From assembly GCA_965202585.1 (NCBI GenBank), contig OZ241829.1, positions 73,098,001-73,162,000 on the forward strand: 64,000 nucleotides of DNA, given 5' to 3'. Positions within the stretch are counted from its first letter, which is position 1, and each line of letters begins with the position of its first letter. The notes below the pieces were generated by a model. That model was not told where the DNA came from. It did not search any database and worked only from the letters and a program-made list of their open reading frames with translations. The DNA is from Thalia democratica (taxonomy: Eukaryota). Below are positions 46,760 to 58,860 of the stretch, piece after piece. The position numbers and the translations under genes were made by a program.

Positions 46760-47480
46760 GATTGTTAATAGGAAAGATAATTAAATCAAAATTTACTGAC
46801 AGTAACCTTAAATTAACTTCCTTTGCGAAAATTTCTATACTTTCTTTCAATGGTTCTGGACTACCTTCATTGATATTTTCATTGTGTGCATTACACTTCC
46901 AACAATTTGACTTTCAACAGTTTAAGTCGATTTTTGAGATTATTATTTCACATTTTGAGTCGATTTAGAGATTGACTTTTCACACTCTGAGTCGATCTTA
47001 AGATTGACTTTTCACTCTCTAAGTCGATTTTGAGATTGACTTTTCACACTCTGAGTTGATTTTTGTGGTTTGCCTCATCTATGTCTAAATAAGTTTTAAA
47101 GGTTGACTTTTCAAAATAAGGTCCAATTTTAAATACTTACCCTTCACAATTTGATATGGGCTTACTCTTGTTAACTGATGCCTTTTTGAGGACTTCTTCA
47201 TTTTCAATTGAACTGGCGTCTTTACTTTTGTAAGCTAGTATTCTAAATAGTTATCAGTTTTTTTGTTCTTTAGCTCGTTTTTGGCTGATATCTCTCCATT
47301 GATTTTGGGTTCAACGTTAGGTTTTGTAGAAAAAAAACTCGTAGTTGATTGTCTTCCTCTAAATTTGTTTCATTTTGTGTAAAATAAACATTTGAAAAGC
47401 TTTTTAGTTTATATTACTTTGAAGTGAAACAGTGAAATACACAAACTGTTGCAGATATACCAGCTACACTAAATTTTAAT
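46760..47480 (-). pseudogene. Decayed, 3'-truncated copy of the anchored family
   Basis: Retains gtagctggtatatctgcaacagtttgt (VAGISATVC), several 33-nt linker repeats and an NEGSPE-like segment. It has stops and frameshifts, no ATG context and no C-terminal domain. Confidence 0.8.
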
Positions 47481-48369
47481 GTAATATTTGTGATTAAAAC
47501 TAACACAATTTTTAAGACTAGTAATTATTTCTTAGTTTTTTCTATTTCATTATGTAAACATTAATTTTATTTAGTTTAAATGTTTAAAAGATTTAGTATT
47601 TAATGATAGTTTTCAGTTTTGCTATATTAATAATTCTTAGACCTGTGTTTAATTTATTAATAATCAGACTAGCCTTTACTAGTTTGAAGTTTTTTGAGAG
47701 ATTCAGGCTGTTTTATTTTTATTTCAGTAATATTTATAATGATAATTAATATTAAATCCATAAAGTTTTCAAATAGGAAATAGATTATTAAGACTTATGG
47801 TATGTTAGTCAAAGTAAAACTTAGTTTAATGAGTATGTAAAAGTCTTCAGTGTATAGTTAAAAGTCATTTAAATTAATTAAGTAAATATTAATAAGCCTT
47901 GAACAAAACTAAAACAATGTTCTATTTCGTATAACTAAAATTAAAACCTAAACATTATTAAAATGTGACTATAAATAAAACTGAGGCCAGCGAAGATTTT
48001 GAAACTTTAAATTTTGCCTACGAGTTACAATTACCTGCTGACCCCTGAGTTTACTTTTGTTTAAGTTTTTTGTTTTATAATACAATTCGTTTTGATTTTT
48101 TTTTTACTCATTTAATTTTTTTAAGTAGGTAGAGTGAATGCCTTAGTTAGAAAAAATAAAAATCAATATGATTCAGTTAATAGATGTAGAACAACTGTAT
48201 TTAAAAAAGTTACATGAAATTAAGATTCTTGATGTTTTAGATAGTTCTATTTAATCTCCACATAAGAAATTAAAACTAAATATTTTTTTTAAATTGATAC
48301 ATAAATACCAGACTTAACTAAAAACAAGACCAACAAAAACAAAAACAAATTTTCAAAACAAAATGTTTT

Positions 48370-50106
48370 CTAAACATTGACTTCTAATTTTTCTTTAAAC
48401 CTTTGATACTCATCTTCAACTAAAGTTTCATAACTTGTTCCATGAATACAGTAAAACTTGCGAAACAAACAACTAAAATTATCCCGCATAGCAAATAAAT
48501 CTTCCCATATCACATCATTCTCGAATTTATCTAAAAATTCGCTGAACATTAAATTAGTTTCCTTTTGATATTTAATATGTTCATTATACAAATCATCAGA
48601 AACTTCGAAGAAAAGTTTTGTTTTAGATTCATCTACTTCCAAATATTCAAGCATAAATCTAATTCTTCTTAAAACAATATCAACTAAGCCCCCACATTTT
48701 TCTAACACATTTTGTATACATTCAAACTTTTCCTTGAGATTCTTCTGTTTTTTGTTTGATAAGTTAGTAGTGGCATATATTGGTTTTTTTCCCGCTTCTT
48801 TCAATACTTTTTCATTTAAATCGCAAAGATCCAGAAAATAAGCTTTCATATTTTCATTGTAATTTTTATCGGTCTTCTTCTCACGGATTTTAATTTGACG
48901 TTTGTATGCTTTATCATACAAAGAAATTGCTGATGTCCCTTTTTTCAGCTGGTCAAGGTTTAGGTAAAGTTCATTTTCTTCAACTTTTATTAATTTAAGA
49001 GTCTCCTCAAAAACAATTTGCTGCTGAAGTAGATCTTTACGAAGTTTACTAATTTTGTTTTTAGACATTTTTTGATTGTTTTTTTTAGATTTCTCCTTAA
49101 CAACTTGCAAACCGTCATTTGTAGTACTTGCATTACCTTTTAATCTAGCATCTTTGCCAAGAACTTTTATATTTTCATCTTTCAAATGGTCTGGACTTTT
49201 TTTATTTACAGGCTTCTTTTTAATATGTACTTTATACTTTACCTTAACATTTTGCAAATCGTCATTAGAACTACTTGTAGTACTTGTATCAGCTTCTGAA
49301 CTAATTTTCATGTCAATAACCTTAGTTCTTTCATCATTCAATTGTTCTGGACTACCTTCATTTACAGGCTCCTTTTCAATACCTACTTTAGATTTTTCCT
49401 CAACATTTTGCAAATCGTCAATAGAAGTACTTATACCAGCTTCTTTACTATTTTCTTTATCAAGAACCTCGATCCTTTCATCGTTCAATTGGTTTGGACT
49501 TCCTTTATTCAGAAACTCCTTTTTATATTCTACTTTAGATTTTTTCTCAACAGTTTGTAAACCGTCATTAGAAGTTGTTTGATTAGCTCTAATACCAGCT
49601 CTCTCATCAAGAGCCTTTATGCTTTTATCTTTTAATTGCTCTGAACTTACTTCAGTAATATTTGCTTTGCATGATTCATTTTCAGAAATTGGTCCTTTAC
49701 AGTTTAAATCATATTTTGAGATTGATTTTTCAAAGTTTAAATTATATTCACCTTTACAATCTGATGTCTTTCTAAAGATTTCGTTACTAGGACTGATATA
49801 ACCTTTATTTCTATTTGAAAACTTATCTTTGTCATTTTCAGGTTTGTTGTTTTTGAAGTCATCTGTAGCTGATTTGTTTTTACTACGTTTTGACACAATA
49901 GTTGGTTTTGCAGAAACTAGGTTTGACACTTTACTCTCTTTCTCTGAGTTTGTTTTATTTTGTACAACATCGTTATTTAAAAAGCCTTTTAGCTTGCTTT
50001 TCTTTAAAAGGAAATACTGAAATGCACAAACTGTAACAGATATACCAGCTACACCAAGAACAATATTGGTAAAGCTGACATCAAAACAAAATTTGAGTTT
50101 TATCAT
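48370..50106 (-). CDS. Anchored-family copy 2, 578 aa, single coding exon: N-terminal hydrophobic anchor, Lys-rich 49-aa repeats, helical C-terminal domain; function unknown
   Basis: Long intact ORF in about 70% AT DNA. Hydrophobic IVLGVAGISVTVCAFQYFLL is followed by KKSKLK. Clear paralogy to 56299-58170 and 43944-45611. Confidence 0.88.
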   Translation of the reverse strand: MIKLKFCFDVSFTNIVLGVAGISVTVCAFQYFLLKKSKLKGFLNNDVVQNKTNSEKESKVSNLVSAKPTIVSKRSKNKSATDDFKNNKPENDKDKFSNRNKGYISPSNEIFRKTSDCKGEYNLNFEKSISKYDLNCKGPISENESCKANITEVSSEQLKDKSIKALDERAGIRANQTTSNDGLQTVEKKSKVEYKKEFLNKGSPNQLNDERIEVLDKENSKEAGISTSIDDLQNVEEKSKVGIEKEPVNEGSPEQLNDERTKVIDMKISSEADTSTTSSSNDDLQNVKVKYKVHIKKKPVNKKSPDHLKDENIKVLGKDARLKGNASTTNDGLQVVKEKSKKNNQKMSKNKISKLRKDLLQQQIVFEETLKLIKVEENELYLNLDQLKKGTSAISLYDKAYKRQIKIREKKTDKNYNENMKAYFLDLCDLNEKVLKEAGKKPIYATTNLSNKKQKNLKEKFECIQNVLEKCGGLVDIVLRRIRFMLEYLEVDESKTKLFFEVSDDLYNEHIKYQKETNLMFSEFLDKFENDVIWEDLFAMRDNFSCLFRKFYCIHGTSYETLVEDEYQRFKEKLEVNV

Positions 50107-50765
50107 TATAAAAGTTTTATAAACTACTCACCTGTAACATGAAGCTTTAAAGTAATTTATACCTTTACAATTTCTTGTCTAACGTTAAAAAAGCTACTGA
50201 CACATCAAAAAAAAATCTTTTAATAGATAAATTATTAAGATTTTGAAGCTTACCTAACTACGAAAAAATTCTGAAGAACTCAAACTTTAACAAACATTTT
50301 GATGTATGTTTTGTACACTTTTATAAGTAATTTAAACAAGTAGTCTGCTAATTGAAATTTTATAAATAAAACACATAAATACGTTTAGTTTTAAATTGTT
50401 TATTAAAACAAAAATTAACTTTTAAAATCCTTATCTTTATGTTTAATATATTTTTTTTACATAAATTAGTTTTAATATTTTTAGCTCACTTAGCCTTTTT
50501 TGAGAGAAATCAACTATACTTTTTTTTTTAAATATTTTCTAATAGAATTCCGTATGGTACTTTAAAACAAAATTTTCAAGTTGTGCTAGTTTACATATGT
50601 ATATTTCTTTAGAACTTTTTTAGAAGTTAGTTTTAAATAACTATTACATATACCATTAAACATAATAACAAGAAGTTTTTTACAAGTATTGTTTCATAAA
50701 AATTAAACAGTTTTAATTGTTTTTAACTGAGAGTAATTTTTAAAACTATAATTTTTTAGTAGACA

Positions 50766-50780
50766 GTTGTCCATGGTTAC
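50766..50780 (-). promoter_or_regulatory. RFX X-box-like element upstream of copy 2
   Basis: Minus strand GTAACC-ATG-GACAAC, one mismatch to GTNRCC(N0-3)RGYAAC, 660 bp upstream of the ATG; positionally conserved in copy 3. Confidence 0.4.
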
Positions 50781-53700
50781 AAAGCAAATAAAGTATTGAC
50801 AATTCGATATATTAACAATTTCTAAAAGGGCGCACATATCAAAAGTAATTTGAATTTAATTAAAAAAGAAGACCTGGGTATATATTACAATATTGTGACA
50901 GTAAAAAGAATTCTTTTGTTTTATTAGCTTCTATTAAGAAAAAAAACAAAGTCTCAAAAAGTCTCTAGTATAAAAAACATAAATGCTTTTTTTAGGTCCG
51001 ATTATTAAATACTCGATAGTAAAAGAATGCTTAATAAATTTAGTCACAGTAGTTTTTAAGCGACAATTAAGACTCATAATAGTTTCAAATATAGAAATTT
51101 ACATTGTCATGTACCCGTTTTTCACAGAAAAATATAAAACGAAAATATATTTAGTTTTTATAATATTAGTATTTTCTTGTGTACATAAAATCTTAAGGAA
51201 AAAAAAAACTGCAAAAAAGTATGATTTCATTACCATCAGAACTTTTTAAGATAAGTCTAAAGAATGGTTGGCATACATTGGTAGTCTTGTTTTTCAATAT
51301 TTTAGGGTAATGTTATAACCTAAGTTAACAATGAGTATTATACATTTGTCTGACTGGTTGTGAAACTCAACATAATAGTTAAAAAAGTGTTAAACTTCAT
51401 TTGAAAATAATTTTAAAGAAACTTAATATATATAAAGTTTGTGATTTTTAAAAGAAAAACTTTTTTTCTAAAAAATTGAAAAAATTTAGAGTTTTGTTAT
51501 TAAATAATAAATATCATACAACGTTAAAGAATCTTTTATTTTATTTTTGATCAAAACTTCACTGAAATGGTAAGTAGTAGTATGTTTTGTGCGATTTTGG
51601 TGTAAATTTTTGGCGGCTATTTTGTAGTCGAAAACGAAAAATAAAATTTACCGCAGTTTTAGTTTTAGTCACAGTTACAGCTTTAGTTTTTTCAGCATCT
51701 AGTTACAGTTGTAGTTTTACTTATAACTATAAAATATCATATAATAAAAGAGTACAACATATCGTGAGTTTACTAGATATACGTTTAAATTTAGTTGAGT
51801 AAGTTATTTATTAAAGCTCTTCGTTATGAAACCATTTAGTGCATAAAAAAACTAGACACTTGTTTGAAAAACTATTAAAAATATATTGTTTAAAGAAAAG
51901 AAAAAAAAAATTAATTACCAGTACAAAAGATTAGTTTTAGTATTTTAGTGGCCCTAGACAGAAACTTCACCATTTAATTATAACAATTTTTAGTATACTA
52001 TCTTATTTTTCTAATTGATGCATTTTCTTTTGATCAGACATTTATTTTAATAATTTAAATACTAATATATAAATACCTAAAAGCTTTTAAAGATGTTTTT
52101 AAAAACTTTTTTATTTAACAATTCACTAAACTAACACTTTGTTTTGTTCATTAAAAACGCTCAATACCTTAATACTCAATATATTATTTTAAAGCTTAAC
52201 AAACTTTATTCAGTTCAAGGTTTCATCGGACCGTTTGCCAAGTTGTATAAATAATGTGCATTTACCCACAAAGTTTTAGCTTTAGCCACGAGTTTATGTT
52301 TTGTTCACACATAGATGATGATATTTCAAGAATACAAAAAGGCTTCTGACAAAACGTTTTATTTCATATATCGTAAAGTTATGTAGAGTTTTAACTGCTG
52401 TACATTTTTTTTAAGTTTCATATATTAATTTAAACTAAATTGCAGAACCTTTCTGTGATTCTATTGTAAACTGTCTTAGAGTTCTAAAGTTTATTAAAAA
52501 CGACTTTAAATATCTTTATTTTACAAAAATCAAATAAACTTATACAATATCAGTTTTGTTTAAAAATATGGAATTATTTAAACTAATCTATATACAACAA
52601 AAAACACCATAAAAACTCAAGCAGTTTTAGTTTTAATTGAAGTTATAGTTAAACATACTGATCGCTATTTGAATGATACATCTTTTACGTTTTAAATAAC
52701 AGTTCAGTATTATGCGTATATCTAACTAGTTGTAACATTTGATATAACAATTTGTACAACGAAAAAGTTTCATTGAAATGTTATTAATAGACACATAGTT
52801 TACAAAGTTTTGTGAACTTGAGTCGGGAATTATTCTGCTAATAGCTTTACACTTTTAAAATACTAACATATAAAACTGGTAAATTTTACAAAATGAAAAG
52901 CAAAAATTTCTTTAATGTTTAAGTAAAATTTAATAATTCGAATAGTTAATATAGTATATTTTGCTTGTGTTACTTTAATTTTAGTTTATGACTAACACAA
53001 ACTTCAAGCTTTTATAATTATATTTACCCAGTTTTCAGTACTTACACAAAAAACTTTATAAGGTACACATAAGCAAAAATATAGCAGGGCTTAGTTTTTG
53101 GCTGAAAGCAACTTTTTCCTTGAACTGAACTTTAACTTGATAAGACAAGTGAGTTTAAAATTAGTTGACATAAAAACTTAAATTATACTTAAAAATCAAA
53201 AATAAATAAACTTTTAAAATTAAAAATAATCAGTTGAACTTGACTGGAATTCGACGGTTACAATTGACATTAAATTGTAAATTTAACTTGTTTAACATGT
53301 TTGTTCAATAAAATAACCGACAACAGTAAGTCGGCAGCAGTAAAATCGGCACACGCCTTCATTTTCGTGTCGGAGGCCACTATAAAAACTGTCATCAAAA
53401 TAAAAACTTCACATTTTATTTTTCAAACCTTACTTTTTTAAAAATAAGTCAATACATTTAAAAATATTAATATAACCCATTTTAAGAACTTTTATTTATC
53501 AAAAAAGCTGTAGTTGAATGACTAATTATAAAAAATGTAGAATTTAATTTTTTTTGTCAAATAGTAGAATGAAGTTTTTTATCTCCATATAAACCACTGT
53601 TTATAGTCTATAGATTTTGAATATTTATCTACTCGCTAAAAATTTTAATAAATAAATGGTTTTTGACATAGTTTTCAATAATTTATAATTTCAAATTTTA

Positions 53701-54294
53701 TAAAGCAAAAGATTGATTGCATTGTCCTAAATTAAACATTAATGCATATTTGTTTTGAAAACAGAAAACTGAAACCCAGTTAGTAAAAATACAATTCTTT
53801 TATAAATGTTTTCGATTATGATTTATTTTTTTTGTATGTTTAGTTTGCAGAGATTTTTTATACGGTTATTAGAGAAACTGTTAAATTGCTATTGACTATT
53901 AGATTTAAAAATTGACTATTAGATTTATCGCCGAACCTTTATTGTAGTGTAGTGCTTCTAACTGATTACTAGGAAACTATGGTTAGAAGTAAAATAAATT
54001 CATTTAAAAAGTATAAAAATCAGTTTAAATACTTTACACCTAGAGATTATAGCATAAAAGTGTATAGTACACAATTTCTACATATTTTTCATTTGTGTCG
54101 ATCAGCTAAGTAAGTTGTTTGGTGTGCAAATTTTACAAAATATGTAATGAGCTTATAACGTTGTTTTACTTAACTAATTTCATTTTATATATTTTATTTA
54201 TTGAGGTTTTTATAAACTTTTGCTTATAACTTAGATGACATGTAATAACATACTGAAGATATAGTACAGTACTATAAAAGTGTATTAGTTATAA

Positions 54295-54849
54295 CAGTGC
54301 TTCTGAACCTTTTTTTTAATGGCGGAACCCTTTTTCAAAAATTAACTTTTTCGCGGAACTTCATAATTTAATTTTACATAAAATGTTTAAATGTTATATT
54401 TTAAATCAAGCTAATAGACGTTTTTTTTAAATTTTTTTACAGCACTTGAAATAATATAATGTACCAAAAATAAGTTTCTGATAAAGATTTTTTATTTAAT
54501 TTTTCTTTGTAAACATTTAGAATTTGTTTTGATTGCTCCTACATTGTTTGCTTTAGTGATAATACCAGTATTTTCATGACTTCACAAAAAGTATAAATTC
54601 AAAAATTTTTCAAAAATTTGCGCAACCAGACACCTATTATAATGAATACCTATTAAAAGTTCTACCGCTAGATACACACTAAGCAGATCAATGAATGCTA
54701 TAATTATATATGTTTTCCAATTTATGTGTTCCTTTTTTTTTGGAGTTGTATGATTTATGTTTTTCTATTTTTAAAATTTATTTTTTAAATTTTGAAAGGC
54801 TTTGTGGAACCCCTGAGAAGCGTTGCGGAACCCCATTTCAGAAGCAATG
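54295..54849. mobile_element. hAT MITE, 555 bp
   Basis: TIRs CAGTGCTTCTGAA / TTCAGAAGCAATG (12/13). 8-bp TSD agttataa / aattataa (7/8). Subterminal (c/t)ggaac(c) motifs at both ends. Confidence 0.8.
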
Positions 54850-55380
54850 AATTATAAGATGAAAATATTAAGAAATATTGTTGATTGTACAATAGGCAAC
54901 AAAAATAGTCATTTACATGAAATTAAATTTTTTCGAATTTTATTTGTTTATTTAGTCATGAATATCACTGTGCCAAACATTAAAAGTTAAAAATTTAAAA
55001 ATTTCAACAATATATGAATTAGAAACGAGTTTTTTTTTATTTAAAAAATATATTTTTACATGCTGAGATTGTCTTGAATATCAATACTTTTTAAACTTGT
55101 AATAAATCTAAAATTTTTGTGGTTTTATTATATTTTACAATCTAAAAGAAATCACATTTTAATTTAATAAAAAATTTTTTTTTTTTTAAATATCCATAAT
55201 ATTTTAAGTTTCAGTTTTTTGTTACAGTACTTAATGAAATAAAATCAGAAAAAATTAATATAACACAGTATTTATTGTTCAAATCCAAACTAAACTTTCA
55301 AGTTTTTATAATGAAAAAACTGTTTACAAAAACCAAACTCAATGAAAACAAAACTAAACAAAAAAACCAAAACTAAAACA

Positions 55381-55586
55381 TTATTAAACATCAACTTCTT
55401 CAGCCTCAATATGCTTTTGATATTCATTTGCAACTGTTGCAACTTTTTAGAAATGCAATTAAGTTCACTGATAAAACATGCAACAGTATTTTCTATTTAA
55501 TTAACAAGGTTTTTACAAAAGGATATTGGTTTGAACTTTTATGACTATAAAACATTTCCAAACATTTCGCCTGACGAGCTTCTGAC
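55381..55586 (-). pseudogene. Frameshifted fragment of the family's extreme C-terminus
   Basis: ...VANEYQKHIEAEEVDV* resembles copy 2 ...VEDEYQRFKEKLEVNV*, followed by a similar A/C-rich (plus strand) 3' flank. The upstream part is out of frame. Confidence 0.55.
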
Positions 55587-56298
55587 CTAAATAAAACTTA
55601 TGTTGTTTAATAAATGTCGTTGTGAAAATAACCTTTAAGTTTACAACGGTATAGATTACAATTTTAAGTAAGTGGCTACAAGTTAAAAATTAAGAGATAA
55701 GTTTAAAAATAACTAACTTATTTTTTAGTAGAATTGAGCTAAGTGCATTAAGTTACTAAAACAATCATTTAAGATTTTAAATTAATTAACTAAATAGTAG
55801 TTTAAAATCATATAGTTCTTTTCAATTTTTTTTTGATAATTACGTTAAGAATTTTTATCATGACTTACCAAGTAAAACTTTTTATTTTAAAAACGTTATT
55901 AAAAATTCAATTATACACTTAAAAGTTGTTGTTAAAATATTTTTATGATAACTTTCTTTAACGAATATGTATATATTTATTAGAAAATTCTTAGTCTAGT
56001 AATTTATTCTTAAAGGTAATTGCTATAATTTAAAACTTGGTATAAATTTAGCAAAATAAAATTAAGGTATAAGCTAACAATCCAGTTTATTTCACTAAAC
56101 TCGTTTAAATTTTTTAAACTCGAATTCTCAAAACTTAAGAAACACATTAAGGCTATTTACATATCTATATTTATTGTTTATTTAACTACTAAAAAAGGAA
56201 AAGAATGTTTTTTTTTAAACAAAAATCAAGTAAATAAAAAAAACACAGCTAAAACAAAGATAAATCACAAACCAAAAACGTTTTTAAGTCAGTATATT

Positions 56299-58170
56299 CT
56301 AACCTCTATTCTTATATTTTTGATACTCATCTACAACTAAAGTCTTATAGCTATTATCCCAAATACAGATAAACTTGTCAAATAAACAATAAAAACTATC
56401 CTTTATATCATCTAAATTTTTCCATATAGCTTCTCTGCCAAAATTATTTTCATAACCATCATACATTAAGTGAAATTTTTTCGACCATTCTTCATATTCA
56501 TTATGTAAATTTAGCGAAACTTCAAAGAAAAGTTTTGATTTAGATTTATCAGCTTCTAAATATTCAAGCATAAATTTAATTTCTCTCAAAACAATCTCAA
56601 CTATGCGCCCAAATATGTTTAAAACATTTTGCATACAATCAAACTTTTCCTTGAGATTTTTCTGTTTTTTGTTTGATAACTGAGTAGTGGAATATTTTGG
56701 TTTATTTCCCGCTTCTTTCCATACTTTCTCCTTTAAATCGCAAACATCTGTAAAAAATGCTTTCATATTTTCATTGTAATTTTGTTTGGTTTTCTTTTCT
56801 CGTATATTAATCTGACGATTGCAAACTTTATTATACAAAGAAAGTGCTGATGTCCCTTTTTTCATCTTACTGAGGTTTTGGTCGAGTTCTTTTTCTTCAA
56901 TTTTAATTAATCTAAGAGTCTCCTCAAAAAAACGTTGCTGTTGAAGTAAATCGTTACGAAGTTTTTCTATTTTATTTTCATATTTTTTTCTTATGTTCTT
57001 CTTAGGTTTCACCTTTACAGTTTGCAAACCGTCATTTGTATTACTGGCATTACCTTTTAATCTAGCATCTTTGCCAAGAACGTTTATATTTTTATCTATC
57101 AAATGGTCTTGAATTTTTTTATTTACAGGCTTCTTTTTAGTATTTACTTTATATTTTACCTTAACATTTTGATAATCGTCATTAGAAGTACTTGTAGTAA
57201 TTGTATCAGTTTCTGAACTAACTTTTTTGTCAAGAACTTTTACATTTTCATCTTTTAATTGTACTAAACTACCTTCATTTACAGGCTCCTTTTTAATATC
57301 TACTTTAGATTTTTCCGCAACATTTTGCAAATCGTCAATAGAGGTACTTGTATCGTCTTCCAAACTATTTTCCGCACAAAAAACCTCAATTCGTTCAACG
57401 TTCAACTGGTCTGGACTTCCTTTATTCACAGGCTCCTTTTCAATACCTACTTTAGATTTTTCCTCAACATTTTGCAAATCGTCAATAAAAGTACTTATAC
57501 CAGCTTCTTTACTATTTTCTTTATCACGAACCTCGATTCTTTCATCGTTTAAATAGATTTGACATCCTTTATTCACAAACTTCTTTCTATAATCTAATTT
57601 ATACTTTTCCTCAACAGTTTGTAAACCGTTATTAGAAGTTATTACATTAGCTCTAATACCAGCTATCTCATCAAGAGTCTTAATGCTTTCATCTGTTAAT
57701 TGGTCTGAACGTACTTCAGTAATATTTGCCTTGCATGATTCATTTTCAGAAATTGGTCCGACACAGTTTAAATCAGAACTTGAGATAGATTTTTCAAAGT
57801 TTGCATTATATTTACCTTTACAATCTGATGTCTTTCTAAAAACTACGTTAATAGGAGTGATAAAACCTTTACTTTTATTTGAAAACTTATCTAAGTCATT
57901 TTCAGGTTTGTTGCTTTTGAAGTCATCTGTAGCTGATTTGTTTTTACTGAGTTTTGAGTTAATATTTTGTTTTGCTGAAACTAGGTTTGACACTTTTTTC
58001 TTTTTATCAGAGTCTGTTTTATTTCGTACAACATCATTTTTTAAAGAGCCTTGTAGATTGCTCTTGTTTAAAATGAAATACTGCAATGCACAAACTGTAG
58101 CAGATATACCAGCTACACCCAGAATAGTATTGGTAAAGCTGACATCAAAACAAAATTTAAGTTTTATCAT
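56299..58170 (-). CDS. Anchored-family copy 3, 623 aa, single coding exon; function unknown
   Basis: Intact ORF colinear with copy 2, with one extra 49-aa repeat. About 1 kb of upstream flank (to about 59199) is also homologous to the copy 2 flank (to about 51122). Confidence 0.88.
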   Translation of the reverse strand: MIKLKFCFDVSFTNTILGVAGISATVCALQYFILNKSNLQGSLKNDVVRNKTDSDKKKKVSNLVSAKQNINSKLSKNKSATDDFKSNKPENDLDKFSNKSKGFITPINVVFRKTSDCKGKYNANFEKSISSSDLNCVGPISENESCKANITEVRSDQLTDESIKTLDEIAGIRANVITSNNGLQTVEEKYKLDYRKKFVNKGCQIYLNDERIEVRDKENSKEAGISTFIDDLQNVEEKSKVGIEKEPVNKGSPDQLNVERIEVFCAENSLEDDTSTSIDDLQNVAEKSKVDIKKEPVNEGSLVQLKDENVKVLDKKVSSETDTITTSTSNDDYQNVKVKYKVNTKKKPVNKKIQDHLIDKNINVLGKDARLKGNASNTNDGLQTVKVKPKKNIRKKYENKIEKLRNDLLQQQRFFEETLRLIKIEEKELDQNLSKMKKGTSALSLYNKVCNRQINIREKKTKQNYNENMKAFFTDVCDLKEKVWKEAGNKPKYSTTQLSNKKQKNLKEKFDCMQNVLNIFGRIVEIVLREIKFMLEYLEADKSKSKLFFEVSLNLHNEYEEWSKKFHLMYDGYENNFGREAIWKNLDDIKDSFYCLFDKFICIWDNSYKTLVVDEYQKYKNRG

Positions 58171-58845
58171 TATACAAGTTTTACTAACTACTAACCTGTA
58201 ACACGAAGCTTTAAAGTAATTTATACTTTTACAATTTCCTGTCTAACGTTAAAAAAGCTACTTACATCAAAAAAAACTTTTGATATATAAATTATTAAGA
58301 TTTTGAAGCTTACCCAAATACGAAAAAACTCTGAAGAACTCATACTTTGAAAAATAATTAGACTTGCGTATTATACACTTTTATGAGTAACTTATACTTG
58401 TAGTCTACTGATTAAAACTTTATAAAAAAACACATACATACCTTAAGGGTTAATTAATTTATTAAAACAAAAAAAAAAATTTAAACCCTTATCTTTATGT
58501 TTAAAATATATTTTTATATGAATTAGTTTTAATTTTTTAGCGTACTTAGTCTTTTTTGAGAGAGATCAATCAAATATACTTTTTGTGTTTATATACTTTC
58601 TAACAAAATTCTACATGGTAATTTAGAAAACATTTAGAGTTTGTGCTAGTTTACGTTGGAATATATCTTTAGAAATGACTTTTTTTATTTTTTTTAATAA
58701 CTGTTACATGTACCTTTAAACATAAAAGTAAGAAGTTTTTTACAAGTATTTTTAAGTATTTAAGATATTTATAAGATAAAAAGTAATCAATCTAAATTGT
58801 TTTTGTACTAGTCTACATTTTTAAACTAAAATACTTTAGAGAACA

Positions 58846-58860
58846 GTTGCCCATGGTTAC
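58846..58860 (-). promoter_or_regulatory. RFX X-box element upstream of copy 3
   Basis: Minus strand GTAACC-ATG-GGCAAC, a full match to GTNRCC(N0-3)RGYAAC, 676 bp upstream of the ATG. Confidence 0.5.

Noticed and set aside
49076-49582. Long plus-strand ORFs opposite the family genes (also 57227-57556, 57683-58201, 46732-46968)
   Set aside because: They are antisense shadows of Lys/Glu/Asn-rich repetitive coding sequence.
54253-54290. Possible third hammerhead (CTGAAGA + perfect TATAGTAC-A-GTACTATA hairpin)
   Set aside because: G12 of GAAA is missing, and stems I and III do not pair adequately; an AT-rich chance hairpin cannot be excluded.
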